Origin: Clostridia bacterium
GTDB taxonomy: Bacteria > Bacillota > Clostridia > Christensenellales > UBA1242
Assembly (NCBI GenBank): GCA_017537515.1
Contig: JAFYKO010000170.1
Location: 1,487 to 65,486, forward strand
DNA length: 64,000 nucleotides
Direction: 5' to 3'
The notes below the pieces were generated by a model. That model made no database searches. It worked only from the letters and a program-made list of their open reading frames with translations, and was not told the DNA's origin. Position numbers and translations under genes: made by a program. Every line of letters starts with the position of its first letter. Position 1 is the first letter of the stretch. Shown here piece by piece: positions 16,204 to 24,588 of this stretch.

Positions 16204-16784
16204 TGTCGCTTTCCCTGGAAGATTTTCACAAGAAAGTCGTGTCGGGTCGTGCCCAACTTGACATAGCGGAAAAGTCTTTGAAGACCAACCGAAAGAAGTT
16301 GGACGACTTGCAGTCCGACTGCGATAACCAAAAGAAAGCCCTGGCTCTTTTGCAGGACGTTGCGTCCAAGACGCAGGACCAACTTAAAGACGCTGTTCAA
16401 AAGTCCGTGCAGAACTGCCTGGACCTTTTGTTCCCTGGCTACGAATTTACGGTGAACTTTGTCCCGAAGCGTGGCAAGGTGGACGCTGAATTTCGTATCT
16501 GCAAGGGTGTCGCAGAATTGGACCCGTTGGATTCTTCGGGTGGTGGTCTTGTGGATTCCGTGAGTTTCGCCCTGCGTGTCGGTTGTCTGCGTCTTGCAGG
16601 CAAGCGTCCGTTCCTGTTGCTTGACGAACCCTTCGGGCACCTGCGTGATGGCGAAGTCGTCAAGCCCCGCAAGGAACTTGGACAGGTCATTTCCACGCTT
16701 GTGGACAAGATAGGCGTTCAAGTGCTTATGGTGGGCGACGTGGCGGGAACCGATATTAACGCTGACAAAGAGTATTCATTTTAA
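16203..16784 (+). CDS. Rad50/SbcC-like ATPase, C-terminal half only (coiled coil + signature motif + Walker B)
   Basis: DSSGGGLVDSVSFALRV (signature motif, LSGG-like) followed by RPFLLLDEPFGHLRD (Walker B/D-loop). No Walker A in this ORF. Confidence 0.65.
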   Translation: MSLSLEDFHKKVVSGRAQLDIAEKSLKTNRKKLDDLQSDCDNQKKALALLQDVASKTQDQLKDAVQKSVQNCLDLLFPGYEFTVNFVPKRGKVDAEFRICKGVAELDPLDSSGGGLVDSVSFALRVGCLRLAGKRPFLLLDEPFGHLRDGEVVKPRKELGQVISTLVDKIGVQVLMVGDVAGTDINADKEYSF

Positions 16785-16834
16785 CGGCATTTTTGTTATT
16801 TTAGCCATACCACTTTAAGGTAAGGAAAACAGAA

Positions 16835-17038
16835 ATGGAAAACGTAATCAATGAATATAACGTAACCTGGTATGACCGTGAATCCCACGAAAACTTCACT
16901 GCGACGTTCGGGGACTTCAAGGGTGCGTCGGAACACGCAAACTTTATAAAGAAGAACAACCTGGGCGACGACGTGTTTATTACCGAAGTCAAGAAACACT
17001 TGCGGGTTATGCCCGAAAGCGAATGGTTAGATGGCTGA
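16835..17038 (+). CDS. hypothetical protein (67 aa)
   Basis: Plus-arm ORF with AAGGAAAACAGAA upstream. Confidence 0.5.
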   Translation: MENVINEYNVTWYDRESHENFTATFGDFKGASEHANFIKKNNLGDDVFITEVKKHLRVMPESEWLDG

Positions 17039-17291
17039 AATAACTTATGAAAAATCGTTTACAGTAGTTTTACAGGTGTCTGCCGAAAGCAGCACCTTGT
17101 CTAAAACGGAACTGCTGAAACTTGTAAAACCGCAGGTTGACGCAGGACTTGAACAGGACGCAGAAGCGTTTAATTTTGTAGCAGGCTGCTGCACAGAAGA
17201 TGGGCAGACCTACTCTTATAGAGTATCACTTAAACCGAGGAAAAATAATGGCTACCAAAAAACAGAAAACCGCAAAAGACGAAAAGCCTAA
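17031..17291 (+). CDS. hypothetical protein (86 aa)
   Basis: Plus-arm ORF. The 3' end overlaps the next gene by 44 nt, so its end is uncertain. Confidence 0.45.
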   Translation: MAEITYEKSFTVVLQVSAESSTLSKTELLKLVKPQVDAGLEQDAEAFNFVAGCCTEDGQTYSYRVSLKPRKNNGYQKTENRKRRKA

Positions 17292-17889
17292 ATTCAAGTC
17301 TGTCTTTGATAGAATTGCAGAACGTCGCAAGGCTCTTGAAAAGAGCGTGGAGCGTCGCAAGGCTATTGAAGCCAAGGAACCGCCCGCAAAGGAAAAGAAA
17401 GACACGGACCCGTGGGGCTACAAGGTCACGCAGTTGGGCAAGTGTATGCTTGAACGCCTGCGTAATAAGAAGCCCCAGGGCTTGCTTGAAAGTTTGATGG
17501 ATTGCTCCGAAGAACAATTCAACTTCCTGGCAGACTTCGCCCGCAGCCTTACGAAACTTTTGGGTTGCACTGAAAAGGTTGAAAAGAAGAAAACCGCAAC
17601 GAAGTTTACCTATTCCTATAAGAAGACCGCCTTGTGTGTCGTCACTATGTCGGACCGCCCGTTTGTTGCGTTCCCGTGTATGGACGAATACACGACCAAC
17701 CGCCCTGTTGAACGCTATGCGGACAATCCGCTGTTGCCGTTCTTCTGCGGGTTCCTCCAGGTGGACACCCATATCTATGGACCCGCCCAGGGACTTTACC
17801 AGGTTTACTACGCTATGCTGCGGGGCTACCTGGTTAGTCGCTTCCCCGAAACCAGGGAACGCCTCTTGCCCAAGGAACAGGTCAAGTGA
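17248..17889 (+). CDS. hypothetical protein (213 aa), lysine-rich N-terminus
   Basis: ATG at 17248, 8 nt after AACCGAGGA (MATKKQKTAKDEK...). Confidence 0.6.
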   Translation: MATKKQKTAKDEKPKFKSVFDRIAERRKALEKSVERRKAIEAKEPPAKEKKDTDPWGYKVTQLGKCMLERLRNKKPQGLLESLMDCSEEQFNFLADFARSLTKLLGCTEKVEKKKTATKFTYSYKKTALCVVTMSDRPFVAFPCMDEYTTNRPVERYADNPLLPFFCGFLQVDTHIYGPAQGLYQVYYAMLRGYLVSRFPETRERLLPKEQVK

Positions 17890-17975
17890 TTGTCAAGATT
17901 TTGCAGTATGTTCTAGCGTTCATTATAGGGGCAGCAGGAATGCTGTTCCTTTGCATTAACAACCAATGAGGTTCT

Positions 17976-18998
17976 ATGTCTAACGTTCTTGATTACAAGG
18001 GTCTGCCGATTACGGAGTTCATTAGCGACAAGCCCGTGCAGTTTGAAGACCACAAGACTATGCTTGTGTGGAAAGATGCACCGCCTAATGAAGTTCCCGT
18101 CGTCCAATACGTCACAGAAGTCCTGTCGTATGACCCCCGTGTTCCGATTAACCGTGTGCTGACCCGCAGCGGTGCCACTTACGACCATTGTGCCGAAGTC
18201 CCCGTTGAAGACGCAGACAGCATTATGGCGACCTGCAAGCAACTCAAAGAATGGCTGCAACTGCACCCCTACACGGTCGTGATTGGCAGGGCGTTAAAGG
18301 ACGGATTCTTGCAGCCCCGTGCCACGAATGCAGAAGACTACGACCCGCCTGTAAGCGTCCTGGATAAACCCTGTGACGACAACGGGGTTTTCAACGTGTC
18401 GGGCATCGTATTCATCACGGGCAAGGACCGTCCGTTCGCACCGACAGCCAACAATCTTGTCTATGGCGTGGAGGGTGTCTATGAGCCTAGCACCGAACAG
18501 ATTAGGCAGAATGAAAAGGTGTTCGGCACGACCTATTCTATTGTGATTGTGGAACACCAGGCTATTAGCGAAAAGGCTGTCCGCTACGGCTTTGGGAACT
18601 TCGGCAAGAAGTTCTGTGCCGAAAGTATGATTGCTGCAATCATTGAAGTCCTGGGTGGCAGCGAAGACAGCAAGAAGTGTATCTACTCCGTCCCTACCGC
18701 CTGTGTTTCGGATTTCCCCCGTGTGGATTGCCCCGAATGCGTGGACGACGATAAAATCCCCGAATACCTCAAGACCGCCTACTACACGGCACTGCATAGG
18801 GTGTTCCCTAACACAATGGTGAACCCTGCCGAATTTAACAGCAAGTCGGGCGTGACTGCCGAAAAAGTGAACCTGCTGCGTAGCAAGACGGAAAAGGGGC
18901 TTGCAGTGTGCAAGGCTACCCTGGAAAAGTATGACGGGGACTTTGACAAGGCTTACGACGAACTGCGTTATAAGGACTATTCCTGTGCCAAGGGGTGA
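17976..18998 (+). CDS. hypothetical protein (340 aa)
   Basis: Long plus-arm ORF. The C-terminal CKATLEKYDGDFDKAYDELR resembles a UBA/EF-Ts-N-like helix pair (weak). Confidence 0.65.
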   Translation: MSNVLDYKGLPITEFISDKPVQFEDHKTMLVWKDAPPNEVPVVQYVTEVLSYDPRVPINRVLTRSGATYDHCAEVPVEDADSIMATCKQLKEWLQLHPYTVVIGRALKDGFLQPRATNAEDYDPPVSVLDKPCDDNGVFNVSGIVFITGKDRPFAPTANNLVYGVEGVYEPSTEQIRQNEKVFGTTYSIVIVEHQAISEKAVRYGFGNFGKKFCAESMIAAIIEVLGGSEDSKKCIYSVPTACVSDFPRVDCPECVDDDKIPEYLKTAYYTALHRVFPNTMVNPAEFNSKSGVTAEKVNLLRSKTEKGLAVCKATLEKYDGDFDKAYDELRYKDYSCAKG

Positions 18999-19191
18999 TA
19001 CTTTCAAGGAATGTTCCCGCTGCCAAAAAGGGCAGGGTGTTTATACCAACCGAATTGCCTACGGGGGAACCCTAGTGACGCACAACCGTGATAGCGGGGA
19101 AGACCACAAGGAAGCCTTGCAGACGTGGGTTGAAATAACCCTGTGTGAATCCTGTCAGCGGGAACTTCAAGAATTTGTGCAGGGTGCGTAA
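18985..19191 (+). CDS. small zinc-ribbon protein (68 aa), GTG start (uncertain)
   Basis: CSRCQKG...CESCQREL. The frame continues from an ORF that overlaps the previous gene, and GTG at 18985 is the first plausible start. Confidence 0.4.
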   Translation: MPRGDTFKECSRCQKGQGVYTNRIAYGGTLVTHNRDSGEDHKEALQTWVEITLCESCQRELQEFVQGA

Positions 19192-20060
19192 TGATTGAAA
19201 TGCGTCCGTTCTTCACTATCCCGAAGCCCAAGCAGTCGTCGTCAAACTTGCAGAACTGCAAGATACACACTTTGGATTGGGACCAATACTACACGCCCGA
19301 TGACGTGGCTGTGAAGTGCCTACGGGTCATAAAGGACCTGGGGTTGCCCATAACCGAAATGTTTGAAACGTCTGCGGGTATGGGTGCGTTTATCCGTGCG
19401 TCCGCTTCGGTCTTTGCGGGTGTTCCCGTGGAAGCCGTGGATATTGAACCGAAAGCCGACGGGATTAAAAAGGCTGATTTCTTGAACGTCTATATGTCCT
19501 ACAAAAAGGGTAGAATGTTCCTGGGAAATCCCCCGTTCGGTTCCCGTATGTCCCTGGCGACGAAGTTCTTCAAGAAGTGCGTGACGTTCGGGGATTACGT
19601 CGCCTGGATTCTACCCATATCGCAGTTGAACAACAGCCGTTCCCTGTATGAATTTGATTTGGTAGTCAGCCTGGATTTGGGCGAAGTCCTGTTTTCGGAA
19701 CAGAAACCCGTCCGCTGCTGCTTCAATGTCTATAAGCGTCCCGACAGCGGGAACCTTAACCCGCCCCCGACGGACGACTGCAAGTCCGTGAAGTTTATGC
19801 GGTCCGACAACCCCCACTACGCTGCGTTTGATTACGATATTCGTCTTTGCACCTGGGGAGGGTCGTCGGGGAAAATCCTGGAAGACGGGGACGACGACTA
19901 TACGGGGACCTACAAGTTAAAGGTGGTTCCCGAATACCTGGAACGTGTCCTGGAAATCCTGCGGGGCACCGATTGGGAACAGGAACGCCCTAGCGTGTCC
20001 TGCAAGATTATTCCCAAGGGAAATATCGTGGCGGTCCTTAAAAGGAATGGAATACCATAA
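19191..20060 (+). CDS. N6-adenine DNA methyltransferase (gamma-type motif order)
   Basis: ETSAGMGAF (motif I, FxGxG-like) lies upstream of FLGNPPFG (motif IV, NPPF). Confidence 0.7.
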   Translation: MIEMRPFFTIPKPKQSSSNLQNCKIHTLDWDQYYTPDDVAVKCLRVIKDLGLPITEMFETSAGMGAFIRASASVFAGVPVEAVDIEPKADGIKKADFLNVYMSYKKGRMFLGNPPFGSRMSLATKFFKKCVTFGDYVAWILPISQLNNSRSLYEFDLVVSLDLGEVLFSEQKPVRCCFNVYKRPDSGNLNPPPTDDCKSVKFMRSDNPHYAAFDYDIRLCTWGGSSGKILEDGDDDYTGTYKLKVVPEYLERVLEILRGTDWEQERPSVSCKIIPKGNIVAVLKRNGIP

Positions 20061-20254
20061 TGGATGTGCCTGTATGCCACAAGTGTAAGAAGCCTATCCC
20101 GTTCGGGGCTGCGTCCAAGGTTGAAATAACCCTGGACGAAAAGACGACGTTGTGTTATTGGATGTGCAGTTCTTGTTTGCGTAGCGGGTTACGGGGGCAC
20201 GGACAAAACCATAGATTTCAATGCGAGGAACCTTATGACTACTACTTCTTCTAA
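20060..20254 (+). CDS. small zinc-ribbon protein (64 aa)
   Basis: CHKCKKPIPFG...CSSC. Paralogue of the next small ORF. Confidence 0.5.
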   Translation: MDVPVCHKCKKPIPFGAASKVEITLDEKTTLCYWMCSSCLRSGLRGHGQNHRFQCEEPYDYYFF

Positions 20255-20411
20255 AAAGACCAGGTGTTGCGAACAATGTAAGAAACCCGTCCCCGATGGC
20301 TACGGGGTAGCAGCCGAACTGACAGTTGACGGCAAGACCGCCAAAAAGGTCCTTTACTGCGTGGATTGTGCAAGGCAGGTCATTGAATCGCTTGCACAGC
20401 AGCAACAATAA
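20235..20411 (+). CDS. small zinc-ribbon protein (58 aa), paralogue of 20060..20254
   Basis: Below the track cutoff. My translation: MTTTSSKKTRCCEQCKKPVPDGYGVAAELTVDGKTAKKVLYCVDCARQVIESLAQQQQ. GAGGAA lies 5 nt upstream. Confidence 0.5.
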   Translation: MTTTSSKKTRCCEQCKKPVPDGYGVAAELTVDGKTAKKVLYCVDCARQVIESLAQQQQ

Positions 20412-20429
20412 ACGCTATCCGACTATATA
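20412..20429 (+). promoter_or_regulatory. class-II motif ACGCTATCCGACTATATA, 5 nt before a start codon
   Basis: Same core as 13522, 46990 and 48901. The ATG at 20435 follows TATATA after CTATT, with no SD. Confidence 0.5.
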
Positions 20430-20434
20430 CTATT

Positions 20435-21742
20435 ATGATAACGAAGATTAAATTGCATAACTTTCAGTGCCACAAGGACCTGGAATTGGACCTTGGGCGT
20501 TCCACCGTATTGCAGGGTGGTTCCAACCACGGAAAGACAGCCGTCCTACGTGCATTCTATTGGGTCCTGTTCAATGATGCTCCGCACGACTTTGTGTCCT
20601 ATTGGGCACAGAAGAAAACCAAAAAGGGCTTCACTTTCAAGGACGACGAATACACGTCCGTCACTATCGTTGTGGACGGGCACGTTGTAGAACGCAAGCG
20701 TTCCAACACGTTCAACGGCTATATCGTTGACGATACCATTTACGAAGCACTCCGAACAGACGTGCCCGAAGCGGTCACGAAGTTATTCAACCTGGCAGAC
20801 GCTTCGGTGCAGAAGCAGTTTGACGCTCCGTTCCTGCTCGCCACGACACCTGGCGAAGCGTCTAAATACTTGAACGAACTTGCGGGGCTTGAATGCGTGG
20901 ACGGCATTCTAACGCTCGCAAAGCGTAAGGTTGCCGACACGTCCGACCTGGTAAACACGGCAAAGGAAACCGTTGAAAGCCTGGAAAAGTCCGTCGGGTC
21001 TTTCAGTTGGGTAAAGGAAGCCGAAGCCCTGTATGAAAAGGCACAGGCTACGCAGCCGAAGATTGAAGAACTTACCCGTAAGTTGGAAGCACTCAACCGC
21101 ACCATTTCCGACTACAAGGCTATCAAGAACTATCCCGAAATCCCCGATTGGCTTGAAAACGGGGACAAGTCCGCAGTGATTAAGGGCTTGGAAAAGGAAC
21201 TTGAAATCTGCAACAACTACGTGGGCACCTGCCGTGTTCTCTCACGTGTGAACCCCGCCCTGGAAAAGTTGAACGCCCTGGTGTTCCCAAAACCGCCCAA
21301 GCATACCGAAAAGGAACTTGAAGCCCTGTCGGGTTCTATTGAAAAATACGGTAAAGTCGTGTCCAACTATCGCAGGTGCAGGTCCGTATTGAACGCCCTG
21401 GACGACTTGCAGGAACCGAAGCCGTGCAAGTGGGAGGGTCGCTTGCGTCCGCTTGTGCAGTCTATCCGAAACTACGAAGAAGTCACGGAAATCCTGGGTT
21501 CTGCAAGCACCGCCCTTGACAAGATTTCAAAACTCAAGGCTCCGAAGCCGTGCAAGTGGACCGAAAAGGATTTTGAAACCCTGGTCCGCTCCATACGGAA
21601 TTACAGCAGTGCAAAATCCACGATTTCCGACTGCAACGATTACCTGGACGACGCTTACAGCGATTTGGAGGGTGTAGCCTGCCCCGTCTGCGGTCGCCCG
21701 CTTACCCGACGTGACATTTTGCTGTATGTAAGCAAAATATAA
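20435..21742 (+). CDS. Rad50/SbcC-like ATPase, N-terminal half (Walker A + coiled coil + terminal CxxC zinc hook)
   Basis: MITKIKLHNFQCHKDLELDLGRSTVLQGGSNHGKTAVL (SMC/Rad50 N-terminus with P-loop), followed by long helical repeats. The ORF ends in GVACPVCGRPL. Confidence 0.7.
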   Translation: MITKIKLHNFQCHKDLELDLGRSTVLQGGSNHGKTAVLRAFYWVLFNDAPHDFVSYWAQKKTKKGFTFKDDEYTSVTIVVDGHVVERKRSNTFNGYIVDDTIYEALRTDVPEAVTKLFNLADASVQKQFDAPFLLATTPGEASKYLNELAGLECVDGILTLAKRKVADTSDLVNTAKETVESLEKSVGSFSWVKEAEALYEKAQATQPKIEELTRKLEALNRTISDYKAIKNYPEIPDWLENGDKSAVIKGLEKELEICNNYVGTCRVLSRVNPALEKLNALVFPKPPKHTEKELEALSGSIEKYGKVVSNYRRCRSVLNALDDLQEPKPCKWEGRLRPLVQSIRNYEEVTEILGSASTALDKISKLKAPKPCKWTEKDFETLVRSIRNYSSAKSTISDCNDYLDDAYSDLEGVACPVCGRPLTRRDILLYVSKI

Positions 21743-21756
21743 CATATTATTTTAAC

Positions 21757-21837
21757 AATACCTGTTGACAATCGGCAGGTATTTTGTTATATTATAGGTG
21801 TAAAGGAAAGACAACCACCCCAACCGAGGATAGCCAA
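21757..21837 (+). promoter_or_regulatory. hairpin/-35/extended -10/leader cassette
   Basis: AATACCTG (21757-64), loop TTGACAATCGG, CAGGTATT (21776-83). TTGACA at 21765-70, 17 nt, TATATT at 21788-93. Leader: ATAGGTGTAAAGGAAAGACAACCACCCCAACCGAGGATAGCCAA, then ATG. Confidence 0.75.
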
Positions 21838-22170
21838 ATGGAAAAGACCTACACCGAAAAACTCGCAGACCGCTACAACGCTCATTGTGCTGCAAAGAAG
21901 ACCGCCCGCACCGACAGGTTCGTGGTGGTGCCCGTCACTGACGACGGCTTCGGTGGACGTAGCCCCAGGGTTTCTACTTTCGTAAGAGCCACCCCCAACG
22001 GCTGCGAAATCAACCAGGGCGATACCCCGTGTTCCTATGTCATTTCCACCGCCAACGAAATCGTCCGCAACTTGAAGGGTTCTATGGGACTTGATTTCGT
22101 CTGCGTGACGGAAGTTGAATTTCACGATATGGTCCTGGAAATGCTCGCCCCCCGCAAGGCTGCGGTGTAA
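21838..22170 (+). CDS. hypothetical protein (110 aa)
   Basis: The ATG at 21838 follows the cassette's SD. The track start at 21784 reads through the leader. Confidence 0.6.
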   Translation: MEKTYTEKLADRYNAHCAAKKTARTDRFVVVPVTDDGFGGRSPRVSTFVRATPNGCEINQGDTPCSYVISTANEIVRNLKGSMGLDFVCVTEVEFHDMVLEMLAPRKAAV

Positions 22171-22184
22171 AGGAGGTCCCCACT

Positions 22185-22511
22185 ATGGCAAAGAAAACGA
22201 TTCTTAAATACGTCACGAACGGCAAGTTGCTCAAGAAGTGGTATATGCACCCGACGAAGCACAACGCTGCGTTCTACGTCCAGGCTTCCTACAATATCTT
22301 TAAGTTGTGTTGGGAGTTTAGAGCCTGGGCTATCCACAAGAACGGGATTACCGAATGCGACCTGGGCGACTGCACCATTAACGGAACGCCTATCAAGGAT
22401 TTTAGGGAACCCTGCCGTATGGACGACAAGGAAACCCTGTTGGACGACGTGAACCATATCGCCTGGGCGGTCACTACCCAAAGCGATTTCGTCAAGGAAA
22501 ACCACATTTAA
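22185..22511 (+). CDS. hypothetical protein (108 aa)
   Basis: Plus-arm ORF with AAAGGAGG upstream. Confidence 0.6.
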   Translation: MAKKTILKYVTNGKLLKKWYMHPTKHNAAFYVQASYNIFKLCWEFRAWAIHKNGITECDLGDCTINGTPIKDFREPCRMDDKETLLDDVNHIAWAVTTQSDFVKENHI

Positions 22512-22525
22512 CCGAGGATATTCAA

Positions 22526-22837
22526 ATGAAGATTACACCCGAAATCGCTGAAATCACTAAAAAGATTGTCGCTCCGTTTTGCGACGTGAACAAGCCCATT
22601 ATCCTGTTCGTAGCAGACCTTATGCAGACGATGGGGTGGAAGCCCGAACGTTGGACCGAACAGACCGAAGTGGGCGAACTCACCCATTGGAACTTCTACT
22701 TCACTAGAAGCCCCATTCTTCTGCTTCACGTCGGCAACGGCAACCGCCACACTACCGTGACCCTGGAGGGCTACAATTACGCCTACCAGGTCAAGTTGGT
22801 CACGGACGCTATGGCAGAAGTGGGTCTGTTTGAATAG
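22526..22837 (+). CDS. hypothetical protein (103 aa)
   Basis: ATG after AACCGAGGATATTCAA. Confidence 0.6.
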   Translation: MKITPEIAEITKKIVAPFCDVNKPIILFVADLMQTMGWKPERWTEQTEVGELTHWNFYFTRSPILLLHVGNGNRHTTVTLEGYNYAYQVKLVTDAMAEVGLFE

Positions 22838-22846
22838 GGGGCGGTA

Positions 22847-23044
22847 GTGAAATACTTTACTTATGTCCTCATTGATTGCCACAAGTTAGCAGCCACGCAG
22901 AACCGCCCTGCAAGCGTAAAGCGTGAAGCCTACACGGTGGAATGTATGGCTGAAAACAGGGCTAAACTCTTTGAAAAGATTTTCCAACAGCGTGACGTTG
23001 AACGCATTGAATCCATTACGATTATCAATGAAGAAGACGCTTAA
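22847..23044 (+). CDS. hypothetical protein (65 aa), GTG start
   Basis: Plus-arm ORF with GGGGGCGG upstream. Confidence 0.45.
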   Translation: MKYFTYVLIDCHKLAATQNRPASVKREAYTVECMAENRAKLFEKIFQQRDVERIESITIINEEDA

Positions 23045-23055
23045 AGGGGGTCACT

Positions 23056-23496
23056 ATGTCTATACCGAAAGATTTTGCAGAAGCCCTGGACACCCACCTG
23101 GAACTTGCAGGCAAACTGCTAGACCAGGCATCCGTGTTTAAGGAACGAATTGACGACCTGGAACGCCAACAGGAAAAGGTCAACTTTGAACACAAGATGG
23201 GGAAGTTCGCTGTCCGTGACCGCTACGCCAACGCTATGTTCTGTCTGTCGCAGTCGCAGAATAACAACGAATATGTTAAGAACATTCGCCACACCATTAA
23301 CGGAATACCTGTCCCCAATGACTCCAAGGCAATGTGCGTGGTGCATACGCCTATGGAATGGTGTGTCATTTGGCATCGGGTCTATATTAAGGTCCACCAA
23401 TACCTTAAAAAGATTCGCCTGCAATACTATTACGGGCGAAACCCCGCCCAAATCACGACAAGCCGTCAGCCCACAATCATTGTAAACAAGGACTAG
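23056..23496 (+). CDS. hypothetical protein (146 aa)
   Basis: Plus-arm ORF with AAAGGGGG upstream. Confidence 0.6.
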   Translation: MSIPKDFAEALDTHLELAGKLLDQASVFKERIDDLERQQEKVNFEHKMGKFAVRDRYANAMFCLSQSQNNNEYVKNIRHTINGIPVPNDSKAMCVVHTPMEWCVIWHRVYIKVHQYLKKIRLQYYYGRNPAQITTSRQPTIIVNKD

Positions 23497-23499
23497 CCT

Positions 23500-23712
23500 A
23501 TGTTCGGAGTTTGGCATAAGTTTAAGGACGTTCGCCCTAGTGAATTGGACCCGAAGCCGTTATCCTACCTGGTAATCATTGAGGGCTGCTCCGAACCCTG
23601 CACGGGCTATTTTGATTTTTTCACAAAACGTTTCAGCGTCTTCGCCCCGCATATCGGGAAGTGCATCCAAGTTCCCGTTAAGTGGTGGTTCGCTGTCCCG
23701 TATCACGATTAA
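23500..23712 (+). CDS. hypothetical protein (70 aa)
   Basis: Plus-arm ORF, tightly packed. Confidence 0.5.
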   Translation: MFGVWHKFKDVRPSELDPKPLSYLVIIEGCSEPCTGYFDFFTKRFSVFAPHIGKCIQVPVKWWFAVPYHD

Positions 23713-23729
23713 CGCTAAACTGCTATATT
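23711..23729 (+). promoter_or_regulatory. class-II/extended -10 motif AACGCTAAACTGCTATATT, 6 nt before a start codon
   Basis: TGCTATATT (23721-29), then TATAGT, then the ATG at 23736. No SD. Confidence 0.5.
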
Positions 23730-23735
23730 TATAGT

Positions 23736-24584
23736 ATGGACCTAAACCGAATTTACAATATGGATTGCCTGGAGGGTATGAAAGAAATCCCCGACGGCAG
23801 CATTGACGCTATCATTTGTGACTTGCCCTATGAAGTTCTGCACAAGGATAACCCGAACGCCCAATGGGACAGGATTATCCCCTTTGAACCTTTGTGGGAA
23901 CAATATGAACGCATAATCAAGGACAACGGGGCTATCCTGTTGTTCTGCCAGGGAATGTTTACCGCCAAACTTATGTTGAGCAACGAAAAGTTGTGGCGAT
24001 ATAACCTGGTTTGGGACAAGTGCAGGGTCACGGGCTTTCTTAACGCCAACCGAATGCCTATGCGTTGCCACGAAGATATTGCCGTGTTCTACAAGACCTT
24101 GCCGACCTACAATCCGCAGTATGAAGATGGTCCGCTCAATCATTCCCGTGGAAGCGGTCCCCACAAGCAGACGAATAATTGCTACGGGGCACATTTGAAT
24201 TTGAGCGAACCGCCCAAAAAGGATTTCGGTCGTGATTACGTGGGCAGAACCTACGACAGCGTTAAGCGTGTGGAAGCGACGGTTCCCGAAGGCAAGAAAC
24301 TTCCACGCAGCATTATCGCTATTCAGCGTGAACACGAATCCACCGTCCTGCACCCGACGCAGAAGCCCGTGGAACTGCTCCGCTACCTAATCCGCACGTT
24401 CACTAACCCTGGCGATGTGGTCCTGGATAATTGTATGGGCAGTGGCACCACCGCTGTCGCAGCCGTCCAGGAAAAACGAAAGTTTATCGGATTTGAAAAA
24501 GACCCGAAGTATTTTGAAGTCGCAAATGCCCGACTGAAAAAACTCACGGGACCATTCTACATTTATGGAAACATTGGAGTGTAA
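23736..24584 (+). CDS. DNA methyltransferase, beta-class N6A/N4C (ParB-less N6_N4_Mtase type)
   Basis: MDLNRIYNMDCLEGM...DAIICDLPY (motif IV)...HPTQKP...VVLDNCMGSGTTAVAA (motif I). Confidence 0.85.
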   Translation: MDLNRIYNMDCLEGMKEIPDGSIDAIICDLPYEVLHKDNPNAQWDRIIPFEPLWEQYERIIKDNGAILLFCQGMFTAKLMLSNEKLWRYNLVWDKCRVTGFLNANRMPMRCHEDIAVFYKTLPTYNPQYEDGPLNHSRGSGPHKQTNNCYGAHLNLSEPPKKDFGRDYVGRTYDSVKRVEATVPEGKKLPRSIIAIQREHESTVLHPTQKPVELLRYLIRTFTNPGDVVLDNCMGSGTTAVAAVQEKRKFIGFEKDPKYFEVANARLKKLTGPFYIYGNIGV

Positions 24585-24588
24585 GCCT

